Below, in pieces: positions 1 to 64,000 of a DNA stretch of 64,000 nt; position 1 is the stretch's first letter; each line of letters opens with the position of its first letter. The DNA comes from Podarcis liolepis (Eukaryota), in NCBI GenBank assembly GCA_965112155.1, contig OZ218099.1; one strand, given 5' to 3'. A program made the translations under genes and the position numbers. The notes beneath the pieces were generated by a model. That model made no database searches. It worked only from the letters and a program-made list of their open reading frames with translations, and had not been told where the DNA came from.

Positions 1-1008
1 GGGAGAGCGGAGAAAGGCAGCGCATTTCTCCGCTGTCCCGGACGGCTTTTGAAGGCAGGCGGGGGGGGCAAAGACTTTCGCCCCCCGCTCGCCTTCAGAA
101 GAGGTCCAGGACCTCTTCTGAAGGCGGGCGGGGGGCAAAAGTCTTTGCTACCCCCTGCCTGCCTTCCCGGGAGAGCGGAGAAAGGCAGCGCGTTTCTCCG
201 CTGTCCCGGACGGCTTTTGAAGGCAGGCGGAGGGGAGCAAAGACTTTCACCCCCCGCCCGCCTTCAGAAGAGGTCCAGGGCGGGGGGCGAAAGTCTTTGC
301 TCCCCCCTGCATGCCTTCCCGGGAGAGCGGAGAAAGACAGCGCATTTCTCCGCTGTCCCAGACGGCTTTTGAAGGCAGGCGGGGGGGCAAAGACTTTCGC
401 CCCCCGCTTGCCTTCAGAAGAGGTCCAGGACCTCTTCTGAAGGCGGGCGGGGGGCGAAAGTCTTTGCTCCCCCTGCATGCCTTCCCGGGAGAGCGGAGAA
501 AGACAGTGCATTTCTCCGCTGTCCCAGGCGGCTTTTGAAGGCAGGCGGGTGGGCAAAGACTTTCGCCCCCCGCTCGCCTTCAGAAGAGGTCCAGGACCTC
601 TTCTGAAGGCGGGCGGGGGGCAAAAGTCTTTGTCCCCCCTGCCTGCCTTCCCAGGGGCTTTTACATCGCCCCGAACAGCGGAGAAGTCCTCCGCTGTCCC
701 GGGCGATTTTAAAATGCCGCCCGCCAGCATTTTAAGATCGCCCCGGACAACGGAGAAGTCCTCCGCTGTCCCGGGGTTTTTCAAAATGCTGAGGGTGGGA
801 AGAAAAGCCCTTGTCCCCCCCCCCCCCAGCCTTCAGAAGAGGTCGGGGGACAGACTGTCCCCGGACCTGGTCTGAAGGCGGTTTCCATAGGAACACATTA
901 ATTGATTTTCAATGCATTCCTATGGGAAACCGTGCATCGCAAGACGAAAAACTCGCAAGAAGAAAAAACTTGCAGAACGAATTAATTTCGTCTTGCGAGG
1001 CACCACTG
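1..1008 (+). mobile_element. Family-A TA-flanked non-autonomous DNA transposon (Tc1/mariner-pogo-like), right part, with internal ~150-168-bp palindromic tandem array
   Basis: Ends TTCGTCTTGCGAGGCACCACTG+TA; about 600-1008 nearly identical to about 43025-43435; repeat units start at 1, 169, 321, 487. Confidence 0.85.
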
Positions 1009-1129
1009 TATATGAAAATGAGAAAACTAGTGATATTTTAGGGAGCAGGCTAGCAGGCAGGGCCCATTACTTACATCATAGGAGTCTACACAACACAAAA
1101 CACTGTTGCTGTATGTAGCTTTTATTTTA

Positions 1130-1358
1130 CAGCCATACCTCTTGTTACGTTCGGTTCAGGTTACGTCTTTTCAGGTTGCATCCCGCAGCGACCCGGAGGT
1201 ACTGGAAAGGGTTACTTCTGGGTTTCGCCACGTGCGCATGCACAGAAGCAGCAAATCGCAACCCGTGCATGCACAGACGTGCAGACATAGGTTGCGTTCT
1301 GCTCATGTTGTGAACGGGTCTCCAGAACGGATTCCGTTTGCAACCAGAGGTACCACTG
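1130..1358. mobile_element. TA-flanked MITE (CAG(T/C)CATACCTC...GAGGTACCACTG)
   Basis: TIR plus TA TSD; related copy at 30948-31201. Confidence 0.8.
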
Positions 1359-1720
1359 TATTTGTTTTTTACCTTATATTTTGGAAATGTACACCCATTT
1401 CCCCCCCCCCTTTAATTGGCAGTGGGCGAGGCTTGGCCACGAGGTCATGTGACACTCGCCCACCCCACACATTCTGGCAATGCATGGAGGGGTTTATGTG
1501 AATCTCCCCTTGGGTTCCTCCTTTTCCATCACTGCTGTTACAAATGCTTTTAATGAAGAAGAGACTGGGGCAGACCAATGACAGGGAAGGGGCAGAGGTC
1601 TCCATTCATGTTCTGCAGTCCCAATATGTAGCCTGGTTAGCAAAATTGCTAGCTGCGCGATTCGATAACGAATGGGTGGGTGTTATGGTGCCCTTTAAAT
1701 TTACCTCTGACTTTCCCCAG

Positions 1721-47229
<45,509 letters not shown>

Positions 47230-48605
47230 CGAGCGTTGGACTGGTGGTTTCATTCGTCCTTTTGCTTGGGAGTAAAAACCCGAGCCCTTACCCTTTATCG
47301 CTGCAAACACCATTGTTGTGATGGTGGGCTGCAAAAAGGGAAAACGCCCATTAAGCCTCTGTGACATTGACCCTATAATGGGCAAGTGTATCGAGACCAA
47401 CCGGCGCTGGGCTTCTCAAGGGTTCGATGGCAGCTCCCCCCGCCTTGCACTGTGTTTTGACCGATTACAAGTCAGGTCTCTTCTGTTCAAATGCTCTGGA
47501 CTTAAGAGGGCAAACGGAACCCTCTGATCGGGCACAACCAAAACTCTGGGAGCCATTCCTGTACAAAGAGAGAGGGCTTATTCTGTGATAAGAGGACAGA
47601 TAAGTGTAGGAAGCGACTGCTTCTGTGGACACGAAGGCCTCTGCGCTCAGGTGAATATGACACACTCTCTTCAGGAATCAGCTCTGTTCTAGAAAGCCGG
47701 GTAGAGTCTTCTGGGCTGACCCACCAAAGTGCCGAGTGCCCTACTGTACAGGGTCCTCAGCAACAGCTGAAGCCTTTGGGGTGCCTGTCTCGGCCTTCGT
47801 CAAGACAACCCTCTGCCCACCAATAGCAGGGGGGCGTTAAGTATGAGGCATGCGTGTTGAGCCTTGTAGGAGGCTGCAAAGACTGAAGGGAAGGCCTTCT
47901 CAAGGAAGAAGTCTTGCTTATGTGTCTTCCCAACAATATATGCAATAAGGGTGGATATGAAGGAAAATGGTGCTCCCCCCCCCCTCCATGAGCCTGACAG
48001 CTTCATTTAGGAAGACAGTGTACCCAAGTGTGGGTCTGAGATAAAGACTTGTGGGCTGCAATCCTACCTCTCAGTAAGACTTAAGGTGTAGAAAATGTGT
48101 GTTAGAACCCAGAGCTCCTGGGTTTTGTTTTCAGCTCTGTCACTGGTTTTTCAGCGTTCCATTAGCAACCCTTCTTGTGCCTTTTCAGTTCCCTTGTCAG
48201 GATGGGAGACCCTTGAGGAGGGAGGAGTGGAAAGGGAACAAACATGCTAGAAACCCAGACTTCCACCTCTAGCATTTAGATGCTCATTACTGCAGGCCAA
48301 CCTAAATTTTCTCCAGCCCGTGGAAGATCTAGTATGGATCTTGAGCATCCCAGAATGAAAAGTAGGAGAGAGCAATGGAACGGAATGCAGCAGAGCGGCC
48401 TTTTGAAAGGCAGCCTTCTCCGCAGTCCCTCCCTCGGTTAAAGGGATTATGGGATGCTTCTCGGGATAGGTGCCAGGCAGACTTGCAAGCTACTCCTGCT
48501 CAACTTTCCTCTTCTGCACAACTGTGGAAGGTACAGGGTCCCTGCCCTCTTCTCCCTCTGGCCACCCTAGGGCTCAGTAAAAAGGACAGCAGCAGCAACT
48601 CACTA

Positions 48606-48690
48606 TGCAATCCTACACGTCTACTCAGAGGTAAGCCCCACTGAGTTCAATGGGGCTTATGTCCAAGTAAGTGGGTATAGGATTACAGGC
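48606..48690. repeat. Short (~85 bp) fold-back repeat CAATCCTA...TAAGCCCCACTGAGTTCAATGGGGCTTA...TAGGATT
   Basis: Palindromic; degenerate relatives at about 11940-12010, 44230-44285 and 49993-50056. Confidence 0.65.
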
Positions 48691-51600
48691 TGAAATCCGT
48701 GACAAGACCACGGAGATGAGTTTTAGTGCTGAAGCTCAGGAGTGCTGTGCGAAAGGCTGAAAAGTTGCACTATGAGCCTTAATGATGTTACTCTTTAATT
48801 CTTTTGAACCAGGCTCACTTACATTAGAGTATTATTTGGGAACAAACTTCTCTCTTCCATCACCCCACCCTACCCTGAGGGCCAGTCGTATTGTGCACAA
48901 CCTTGACTTTGTTCCCACAAGTTTTAGATTGCGTCATATAAAGGGATATTTACCAAAAAAAAAGGGAACATCAAACCTGATGAAGAAAAAAAGAAGTTTG
49001 CGAGGGAAGCTCTGCAATTGATCTCAATGCATTGTCTGAGTCCTGTAAGGTTCCTAAACTGTAGTTTCAACAGCAGGTTCCTCCTTTATGTAGTTGGCCT
49101 GCATTCTGGATAGGCTCCTAAATTGCATCACAGAGCACTTTTTGGGTGACAAAAATTATCCAGAAGGTTCTGAGGCCCCCTGCTTGGCCTCCAGGCTTTT
49201 CATATGAATTGCAAATATGTGACTAAACTTTTGTTTGTTTTTTTATTGTAATGCATATTTTGTATTGTATATGTAATCAATGCGCTGATGAATTCCATTG
49301 CAAAAAGAAAGGTTTGTATGGAATGTAGCAACCTTTCCATCCTCCTTTAATCTTATTTGGTCCGAACAAATGAGAATGTGTGACAGATGAGAGCAAATTC
49401 CACACTCTGCCTACATAAGACCAGTACCACGCATTTCCATGTTTTCCTCAAACTTAAAAAGCCTAGAAGATTGCTGTGCATTTAAACTGAACGCCGAGAT
49501 TGACTGACTGGATTCTGAGGGAGCAGTCTGATTCTGACTTGCAAGTTCTTAGACTTTGTGCTTACAAGGTACTCTATCCCCTGAGAGTTGCTTCTCTCCT
49601 CATTGTGGGAAACATCAGGAACCGATTGAACAAATTTAAGTCTCTGTCTGAGTTATAATTCTACAGGGTGTGGTGATATCTTTAGAGCTGACTAGCAGCC
49701 AAATATACATGGGTCCTGCCAACAGCACTGGTACCTGAGCAGAGTGAAATCCCAACCAGAGATTGTACAGTATTGGTTAATACCAGAGAAGGGCACTAGA
49801 GATGCTATTTGACTGCCCTCTGCAGGAAAGAAAAATCTTGCTATTTAACATGCTTACCATAGGGATAAATTCACTGAAATGAAATCTTTCTTAAGAGAAG
49901 TTGTTGTTGCCTTTCAACATAAATATATGTTGATAGATAAGTTTAAAGAGCTGGAGCATTTTCAATGCAGTAGTAAATAAACCTTGTGTACTCTGCAATC
50001 CTGGCAGTAACATTGAAGGGAACTTACTTCTGAGTAAAGACGCCTAGGATTGTGGTGTAAAGTTCTAAAACCAGAGTCACACCAGAATCCTGTAATACAA
50101 TGGAAGATCTCTTGGTTTAATTCTAGAACTAAGAAACTTCATCCAGTGCAACTCAAAACTAGAAACCTGCTACTCAGTAGAATCCTTTGTTGTGGTAGGG
50201 CTTAGTGTTTAATTTTAACATAACCCATCCCGCCTTGCAGCAGCGACAACAAAATGCTAGCAATTTATTCTGAAACAACACCTTGGAACAAAACTGAAAT
50301 TAGTTTGGCAGGAGTTCTGCAGCAGAGCTTGATTGTTAATAATAGCAGTGAAACCAGTTTTGGATTAAATTTCAGACAGATCTGTATCTGTTTAGATTTG
50401 GACACCTGAAAATACAAAGAGACAAAGTTCAGTGCTGCCTTGGTGCTTAAGCCACCACAATATTTGTGCAAGGTGTTTATAAAAATGTTGGTGAGAACCA
50501 TGGGCTTATTCCAGAGAAAGTTAAATGTGCTGGAACGCAACAGCTGGACTTTGGCAAGCTTAATAATACTTTGGTTTTGCATATTGAGTCTCAGAACATT
50601 GCAATTCATATTTTTTTGCTCCCGAACAGTCCTGGTAAGGGCTACCAAGTGGCCAGTGAAAAAATGGGCTGGCCTGCTCCTGTGCATTTTAATTAAAGTT
50701 CATATGCAGGAACTAGCACATGAAGCTTTTCGTGGCATAGAGATAAACATCATCATTTATTAATGCAAATCAAACTACTTTTTAACAGGTCCAGTTTAAA
50801 GCCTGGTAACTGTTCAGCAGCTTCAGACTTGAGAGGTCTCTTGGACCTGGTAAGAGTCATGTGGAAGGGACTAATTCATCAGCTTCTGCCTTCATGACAT
50901 GTATGTGCAAGGAACAGTCACGCTTTGTCAAACTTCTCTATTCTGTGCTCCATCCTGTGCATTGTTATTTGAAATAATGGGCCTTATTTAATAATAAAAC
51001 ATGCATAAGACTGCAGACTTAGAAGTACAAGAGCCTCATGGGAGCTGGGCCTCCTGGGTACGCTTGCTAAAAAGCAGGTACAGAATGATGTGACGAGAAC
51101 AAAGGGGACACGTTTCCCTTTCCATCTCCACGTTTTGAATGTGGAAGAGACATATTTTGTTCTAATGGGCTCAACCCTGAGAAAGGTTTGAACCATAGTC
51201 AAACAGAGGAGGTGGAAAAACCAGAGTTAAAGCACAACAAACTCTGTGGACAAGGTTATCAGATGGAGATTTCAGCTCCATTATTTACCTCAATTTTTGT
51301 TGCTCTTCTCATTAGTGAGACATCTGTGATATGAATTGGTTGAGGATAACAGCCAAACTAAGGAACAATTAAACTAACAAACGCCAATTGTTACACATGA
51401 TGATGCACAAGAAACAAAAAGCATTGACTCAACCCCATTGGACTGACGTAGCTTGAGTGTTTTTTGTTTGCGTCTTTGTATTTGTAGAGTAAAAGTGTCA
51501 CATTTTAATTTTTTTGCCCCCAAATCTTGATGTGTATATTGTCTGTCATAAATGTCATGTTGGGTTGTTTTGGTTTTATGCCATGCTTTGAAACTGGTGA

Positions 51601-54379
51601 CATGAAGGTTTTTTTCCCCCTCTCTAAAAAACAAAACAAAACACCAAAAACTGGAAGGAATTCAGATGTTTACACACTTTAAATTGCTTTCTGCAATGCC
51701 CCAGCTATCATTTAACAAGCAGTAATAGCAGTGTTTTAAAAAAACAAACAAATCGAGACACCGTTATTGCCATTAGCTAGGCCACCGGAGAACTCCTGTT
51801 CCCAAGATGTAAGCAAATTGGAAGGAAGGTGATGGGCCTTGATCACGGTCATAAGGAGAGATGTCTCAGATGGGTTTATTTGATACTGCTTTCTGTGCCC
51901 AAATCGAATGTTTACTAAGAAACCTGAATCTAGCAGGCAACAGATGCTCATGGAAACGGCATACGGTTTCCACATTTTTTCCTGGCCCCATTCCTGTCTC
52001 TTTAGCAGCAGCTTCAGACACTGAAAGTGAGTCGAAGCAGCATTTTCTGCCATGGAGAAATAAGCCTTATCTGAGTTAAATAAGACTTCCTAGCAGGAAG
52101 GGATAGAATGGCAGCCAAAGTGATATAGAAAAGATGCTTAGTTTGTGTACATCAGGCTGCTGTCAAAGCCACAGGAGCAAGGCCATTAAAAAAAATCAAA
52201 TCTGGCAAACCTAAGTGTTAGAAAATTATATAATAAGATACTCTGGCATCAGTTGTAACATAAACCTTCCTCGGGCCAATTTTTTTTCATTTTAAAAAAA
52301 ACACCTTAGCTTGCTAATATACAGAGTAAAGTTGGCTCCATAACAAACCTTTTTTAGTTATTTCAAACGTAACCTGTCTGGAGGCAGTGCTTTCAGCACT
52401 TTCATTTTTTAGGTAAAGCTCAGTGTGGTTGCCTGTCAGAGCAGAAGGCAAATTTTTTATTTTATTTTATTTACTTTAATGCCTGACACACTCAGTCCAC
52501 GCTGAAGTTCTCTCTGAAGGCCCACAGCTTCACGACATTGGTTTTATTTCCTCAGAGAATACTGAGAATTTTCATTTGGTACTGATTATAATTGTAGTTT
52601 TAGTGCTGGTTATAATTTAAAGTGCTTCCCTGCCAAACTACAATTCCCAAGGTCTTTCTCATGTGAAGAGAGGAATAATGCTTAAACTAGTTTGTGGATA
52701 GACTCTTCATCATCTTATCTACTGAATGTGGAAGTCGGTGAGCTTTTTTGAAGGAAGTTCCTCATAAGCTTTGTGGCAACAAGTACAGGTATGTTTTTAG
52801 GGCTAGAGTTCAGACCTCTTTTCCTTGCAAGGCAAGTGTTGAATATGAATTACGCTCTAAGCTAGAATGACCCAGTTTTTGCTGACAGAGGCTCTATCTG
52901 TTACTGAAGACCTGAAAAAAATAAAAGTTTGTGTGTGCTTGAATACTAAATAAAAAAATGTGACATTATAAATGCATTTTTAATGTCTGACTACAATGAT
53001 GGATAAAAATCAGTAGTGCAAACGTCCCTAAAGTTTTGCCCCTGTGGACACATTTGGAATTTTGACAGGAGCCACCACAAAATGGCTGCTGTTGGGAATC
53101 CAACCATTCACAAAATGGCAGCTGTGGGGCATGGCCAGCCACAAAATTTTAAACAGAAACACCATACATATAATAAGGGGGAGTGTGTCCCCTCATACCC
53201 TGCTGCTTTTAGGGTTTCTCAAGGTATTGGGCTAGCCACTGCTGCAAACAATGTGCTGAATTCGCTGGGGACAAGTTAGTCGTCTAAGAACAGAAACTTA
53301 GGCACAGACTCAACTGTGTGCTATCAAACCACATCAGTGCCAGATCTGCACATTTTTGCCCCAGGTTTGTGTGAGCACCTCCTTCCCTCTGCTGCCAACA
53401 AGAGAAGGAAAGCCTGTATAGGCATCCTTCTCTTGACAGAGATGGAGGAGTCCTTCAAATCAATAGGACCACCAGAAACAAGTCAAGGGATTGAGCCAAA
53501 GCTTAACTCAAAACATATTATTCAGTAAACAGAAGAATGTACAGAGTTCCCACAACCAGCTGGAATTAGGTGGGAAGGGTTTTGCACATGACAGGACATT
53601 GCAACTGTTACAGGAAAAAATTGAGGTAGGCCTTTTCAGCCCAACTCTCCATCAAAAGGGACTTGGTGTGGACAGAGAAGAATGGAAGCAGGATCCGGTG
53701 AAAGCAAACTGAACAGAGCGCTTGGATGCCCTGCGAATAAACAGAGGAAGGTGACCACCCCAGGCAGCAAATATGGGGGGGGCAGATACGTTGCTCCTCC
53801 TGAGCCCCCTAAATTAGCCTGCTGCATCTGGTGTGTTGGAGGATGCTGTCAAGTTGTCAGTGTTGCATTAAGATTCAGCTGCCAGTCCAGTTGGCTTCTG
53901 TTCATGCAATGGGGAGATGGTGTCGTCCTTTTGTCTCTTGACTCACCTAGCAAAATATATTGGGCTAGCCCTGAGAGTGCTGCAGTTGGGTTTGAGAGCC
54001 CTTGATTCAAATCCCTGTTTACTCATGGCTATGACACTGGTTGGCCTCAAAGAAGTTCCCCATCTGTAAAATGTAAAATCTGTAAAATTCTGTATGGTGT
54101 TGTAAATCCTTAAGAAATGCTATTGCTGTATGAAGTCACTTATAAAGGAAATAATTTGGGTCAGCTTGGCCTGGTGACCTTCACTCCCTCCATCAAGGCT
54201 TGTGGAGAAATTAACGGATCAAATGTAATTAATTATTGTACTGTCTGAGTCAACCTTGTGGGAAACTGTGATGATCCTGGAACATGAGAAATGAGGGAAA
54301 GACCTTTATGGCTATTAAAGCCACATTGAGGATACAATCCTATGCATGTTTTCTTAGCTATAAACCCCTGAATACTTAC

Positions 54380-55198
54380 AGATTGAGGTTGAATCCTGAC
54401 AAGACAGAAGTACTGTTTTGGGGGGACAGAGGGTGGGCGGGGGTGGGGGACTCCCTGGTCCTTAATGGGGTAACTGTGCCCCTGAAGGACCAGGTGCGCA
54501 GCTTGGGAGTCATTTTGGATTCACAGCTGTCCATGGAGGCACAGGTCAATTCTGTGTCCAGGGCAGCTGTTTACCAGATCCATCTGGTATGCAGGCTGAG
54601 ACCCTATCTGCCCACGGACTGTCTCACCAGAGTGGTGCATGCTCTGGTTATCTCTCGCTATGACTACTGCAATGTGCTCTGTGTGGGGCTACCTTTGAAG
54701 GTGACCCGGAAACTACAACTAATCCAGAATGCGGCAGCTAGACTGGCGACTGGGAGCGGCCGCCGAGACCACATAACACCGGTCTTGAAAGTCCTACATT
54801 GGCTCCCAGTACGATTCCAAGCACAATTCAAAGTGTTGGTGCTGACCTTTAAAGCTCTAAATGGCCTCGGTCCAATATACCTGAAGGAGCGTCTCCATCC
54901 CCATCATTCTACCGAGACACTGAGGTCCAGCACCAAGGGCCTTCTGGCAGTTCCCTCACTGCGAGAAGCCAAGTTACAGGGAACCAGGCAGAGGGCCTTC
55001 TCGGTAGTGGCACCCGCCCTATGGAATGTCCTCCCACCAGATGTCAAAGAGAACAACTATCAGATTTTTAGAAGACATCTGAAGGCAGCCCTGTTTAGGG
55101 AAGCTTTTACTGTTTGATGGACTACTGTATTTTAATATTTTGTTGGAAGTCACCCAGAGTGGTTGGGGAAACCAAGCCAGATGGGTGGGGTATAAATA

Positions 55199-55236
<38 letters not shown>
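54380..55236 (+). mobile_element. L2-clade LINE 3' fragment (ORF2 C-terminus still open, 3'UTR, (TTA)n tail)
   Basis: LNPDKTEVL...DHITPVLKVLHWLP.RF...FK...WN.LP motifs in ORF 54284-55117. Confidence 0.9.
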
Positions 55237-55237
<1 letters not shown>

Positions 55238-55380
55238 AGGTGAAGGGACCCCTGACCATTAGGTCCAGTTGTGACCGACTCTGGGGTTGTGGCGCTCATC
55301 TCACTCTGTGGGCCGAGGGAGCCGACGTTTGTCCGCAGACAGCTTCCGGGTTATGTGGCCCACAGCGCCACCCGCGTCCC
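55237..55380 (-). mobile_element. Sauria SINE with large internal deletion, inserted in L2 (TTA)n tail
   Basis: Tail joined to CACAGCGCCACCCGCGTCCC head; ATT repeats on both sides. Confidence 0.8.
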
Positions 55381-56618
55381 ATTATTATTGTTGTTATTAC
55401 GTATTTACAAGTATAGAATCAGGCTGCATGCTTGACCTTTGGACATAGGAAGAGATGAGTTTGAGTTATATATAAAAAGTTGCAATCATCAGACATGTAA
55501 TATTAGCCACCAGTATGATTTTATTAAGTACACATTATGCTAGATCAAGCTAGTGTATTCCTCCCTTGATAAAAAAAAGTCAGCAAAATAAATAGTAAAT
55601 GAATTAATGCCAAGCTGAGGAAGGCAGCCTGATCATGTTCTTGTCACTATCACTGAGTAAAATAAGTTAACAGGAAACACAGGTTACATAAAATGCAGGC
55701 CTGACTGCAAATTCTCTGAAGGATAGGCTGGTGTTCGTAAGAACACCAGAATAAGTTAGACACATATCTGACTACATTACATTACAGTCACTTGTGAATG
55801 CACCCAGAGACTTCTAAAGTACTGTAATAAGGAGCACTCGGTTCAGCTCTAGCAATGCCTTAGCTAAGTATTGTATTAGATTACGGGCATCTAATTCTGT
55901 CAGGTTTAGAACTCACAGGAAATCATATTTCGGGAAAAGTTTAAGGGGCAGGGTATTTTAAGGCTTTCAGAGAAAACAAAGCATGACAACGAGTGAATGT
56001 TCAAAAAGAATAAAGTACGTAGGAGTGGAGACAACAGTTTACAGTCTGAGGACAGAACCCAAAAAGTTTAATCTCAACGCCCCAAGGACGGTTCGGATAT
56101 GCAGCAAAACTGGCTACACGTGCACACCCAAACTACAACTTCCAGGCGGCGATAATATATGGACAGGAAGACGACCTAGAACGAACGTCAGTCACCACAT
56201 GAGCGGCGGGCGAAGGCGCAACAAGCTGCCCGCAATTCCCCCTCTGGCCATTAGGTGACGCCACTTAAAAGAAGGGCGCGCGCGGGGTTCAGCTTTCCCG
56301 TCGTACCTCACGCTGCGCCCGAAGCCTGGCTGGGCCTGGACCCTGACGGGAGTTGTAGTCCTCGGAGGCGGACTCGCTTCCCAGCGTGCCGCGCGCAAAG
56401 CCCGCGCGCTCGCTCGCTCGCTCTCTCCCTCTCCTCTTGCAGCCTGTCTCGCAGTCGGTCTTCTTTACTGAGGCGGCGGCGGCGGCGGCTTGAACGACAA
56501 CGACCTGGGCACGCGGCAGCGGCAGGGAGGGCTCGAGGCCGGGCGGTGTCGTCGTCTGTGAGGAGAAGAAGAAGAAGAAGGCGCGCCGCGGCGGCGGCAG
56601 CGACGGCTCAGTCCGACC

Positions 56619-64000
<7,382 letters not shown>

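Noticed and set aside
49-1041. Overlapping ORFs at the window start
   Set aside because: Translations of the palindromic tandem array in a family-A element.
54284-55117. 277-aa ORF as a novel gene between ERBB3 and PA2G4
   Set aside because: It is a 5'-truncated L2 ORF2 C-terminus with an upstream ATG from flanking DNA; it lacks the RT catalytic core, and sister copies occur elsewhere in the window.

Overview
Vertebrate genomic DNA from a squamate, probably a lacertid lizard (inferred from Sauria SINEs and the repeat content). The + strand carries ERBB3 (HER3) coding exons 3-28 (1721-47229). All 26 exons were read out by hand, have GT-AG boundaries and keep a continuous frame; exons 1-2 lie upstream of the window. 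After a repeat-poor 3' region come a CpG-island promoter and exons 1-6 (last one partial) of PA2G4/EBP1 (56619-64000), the same order as in human. Introns are full of Sauria SINEs, L2 LINE 3' fragments, TA-flanked Tc1/mariner(pogo/Tigger)-type MITEs and hAT elements with 8-bp target-site duplications (TSDs). Most long ORFs in the track are repeat artefacts. Three things stand out: (i) one MITE family whose four copies share termini but carry different arrays of self-complementary (hairpin) tandem repeats, up to 2.3 kb; (ii) an 836-bp hAT-Charlie-like element in ERBB3 intron 12 carrying a CpG-rich promoter-like cassette with an antisense splice donor; (iii) lineage-specific features of the ERBB3 protein and its splice sites. 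Family names and human comparisons are from recall, not database searches.
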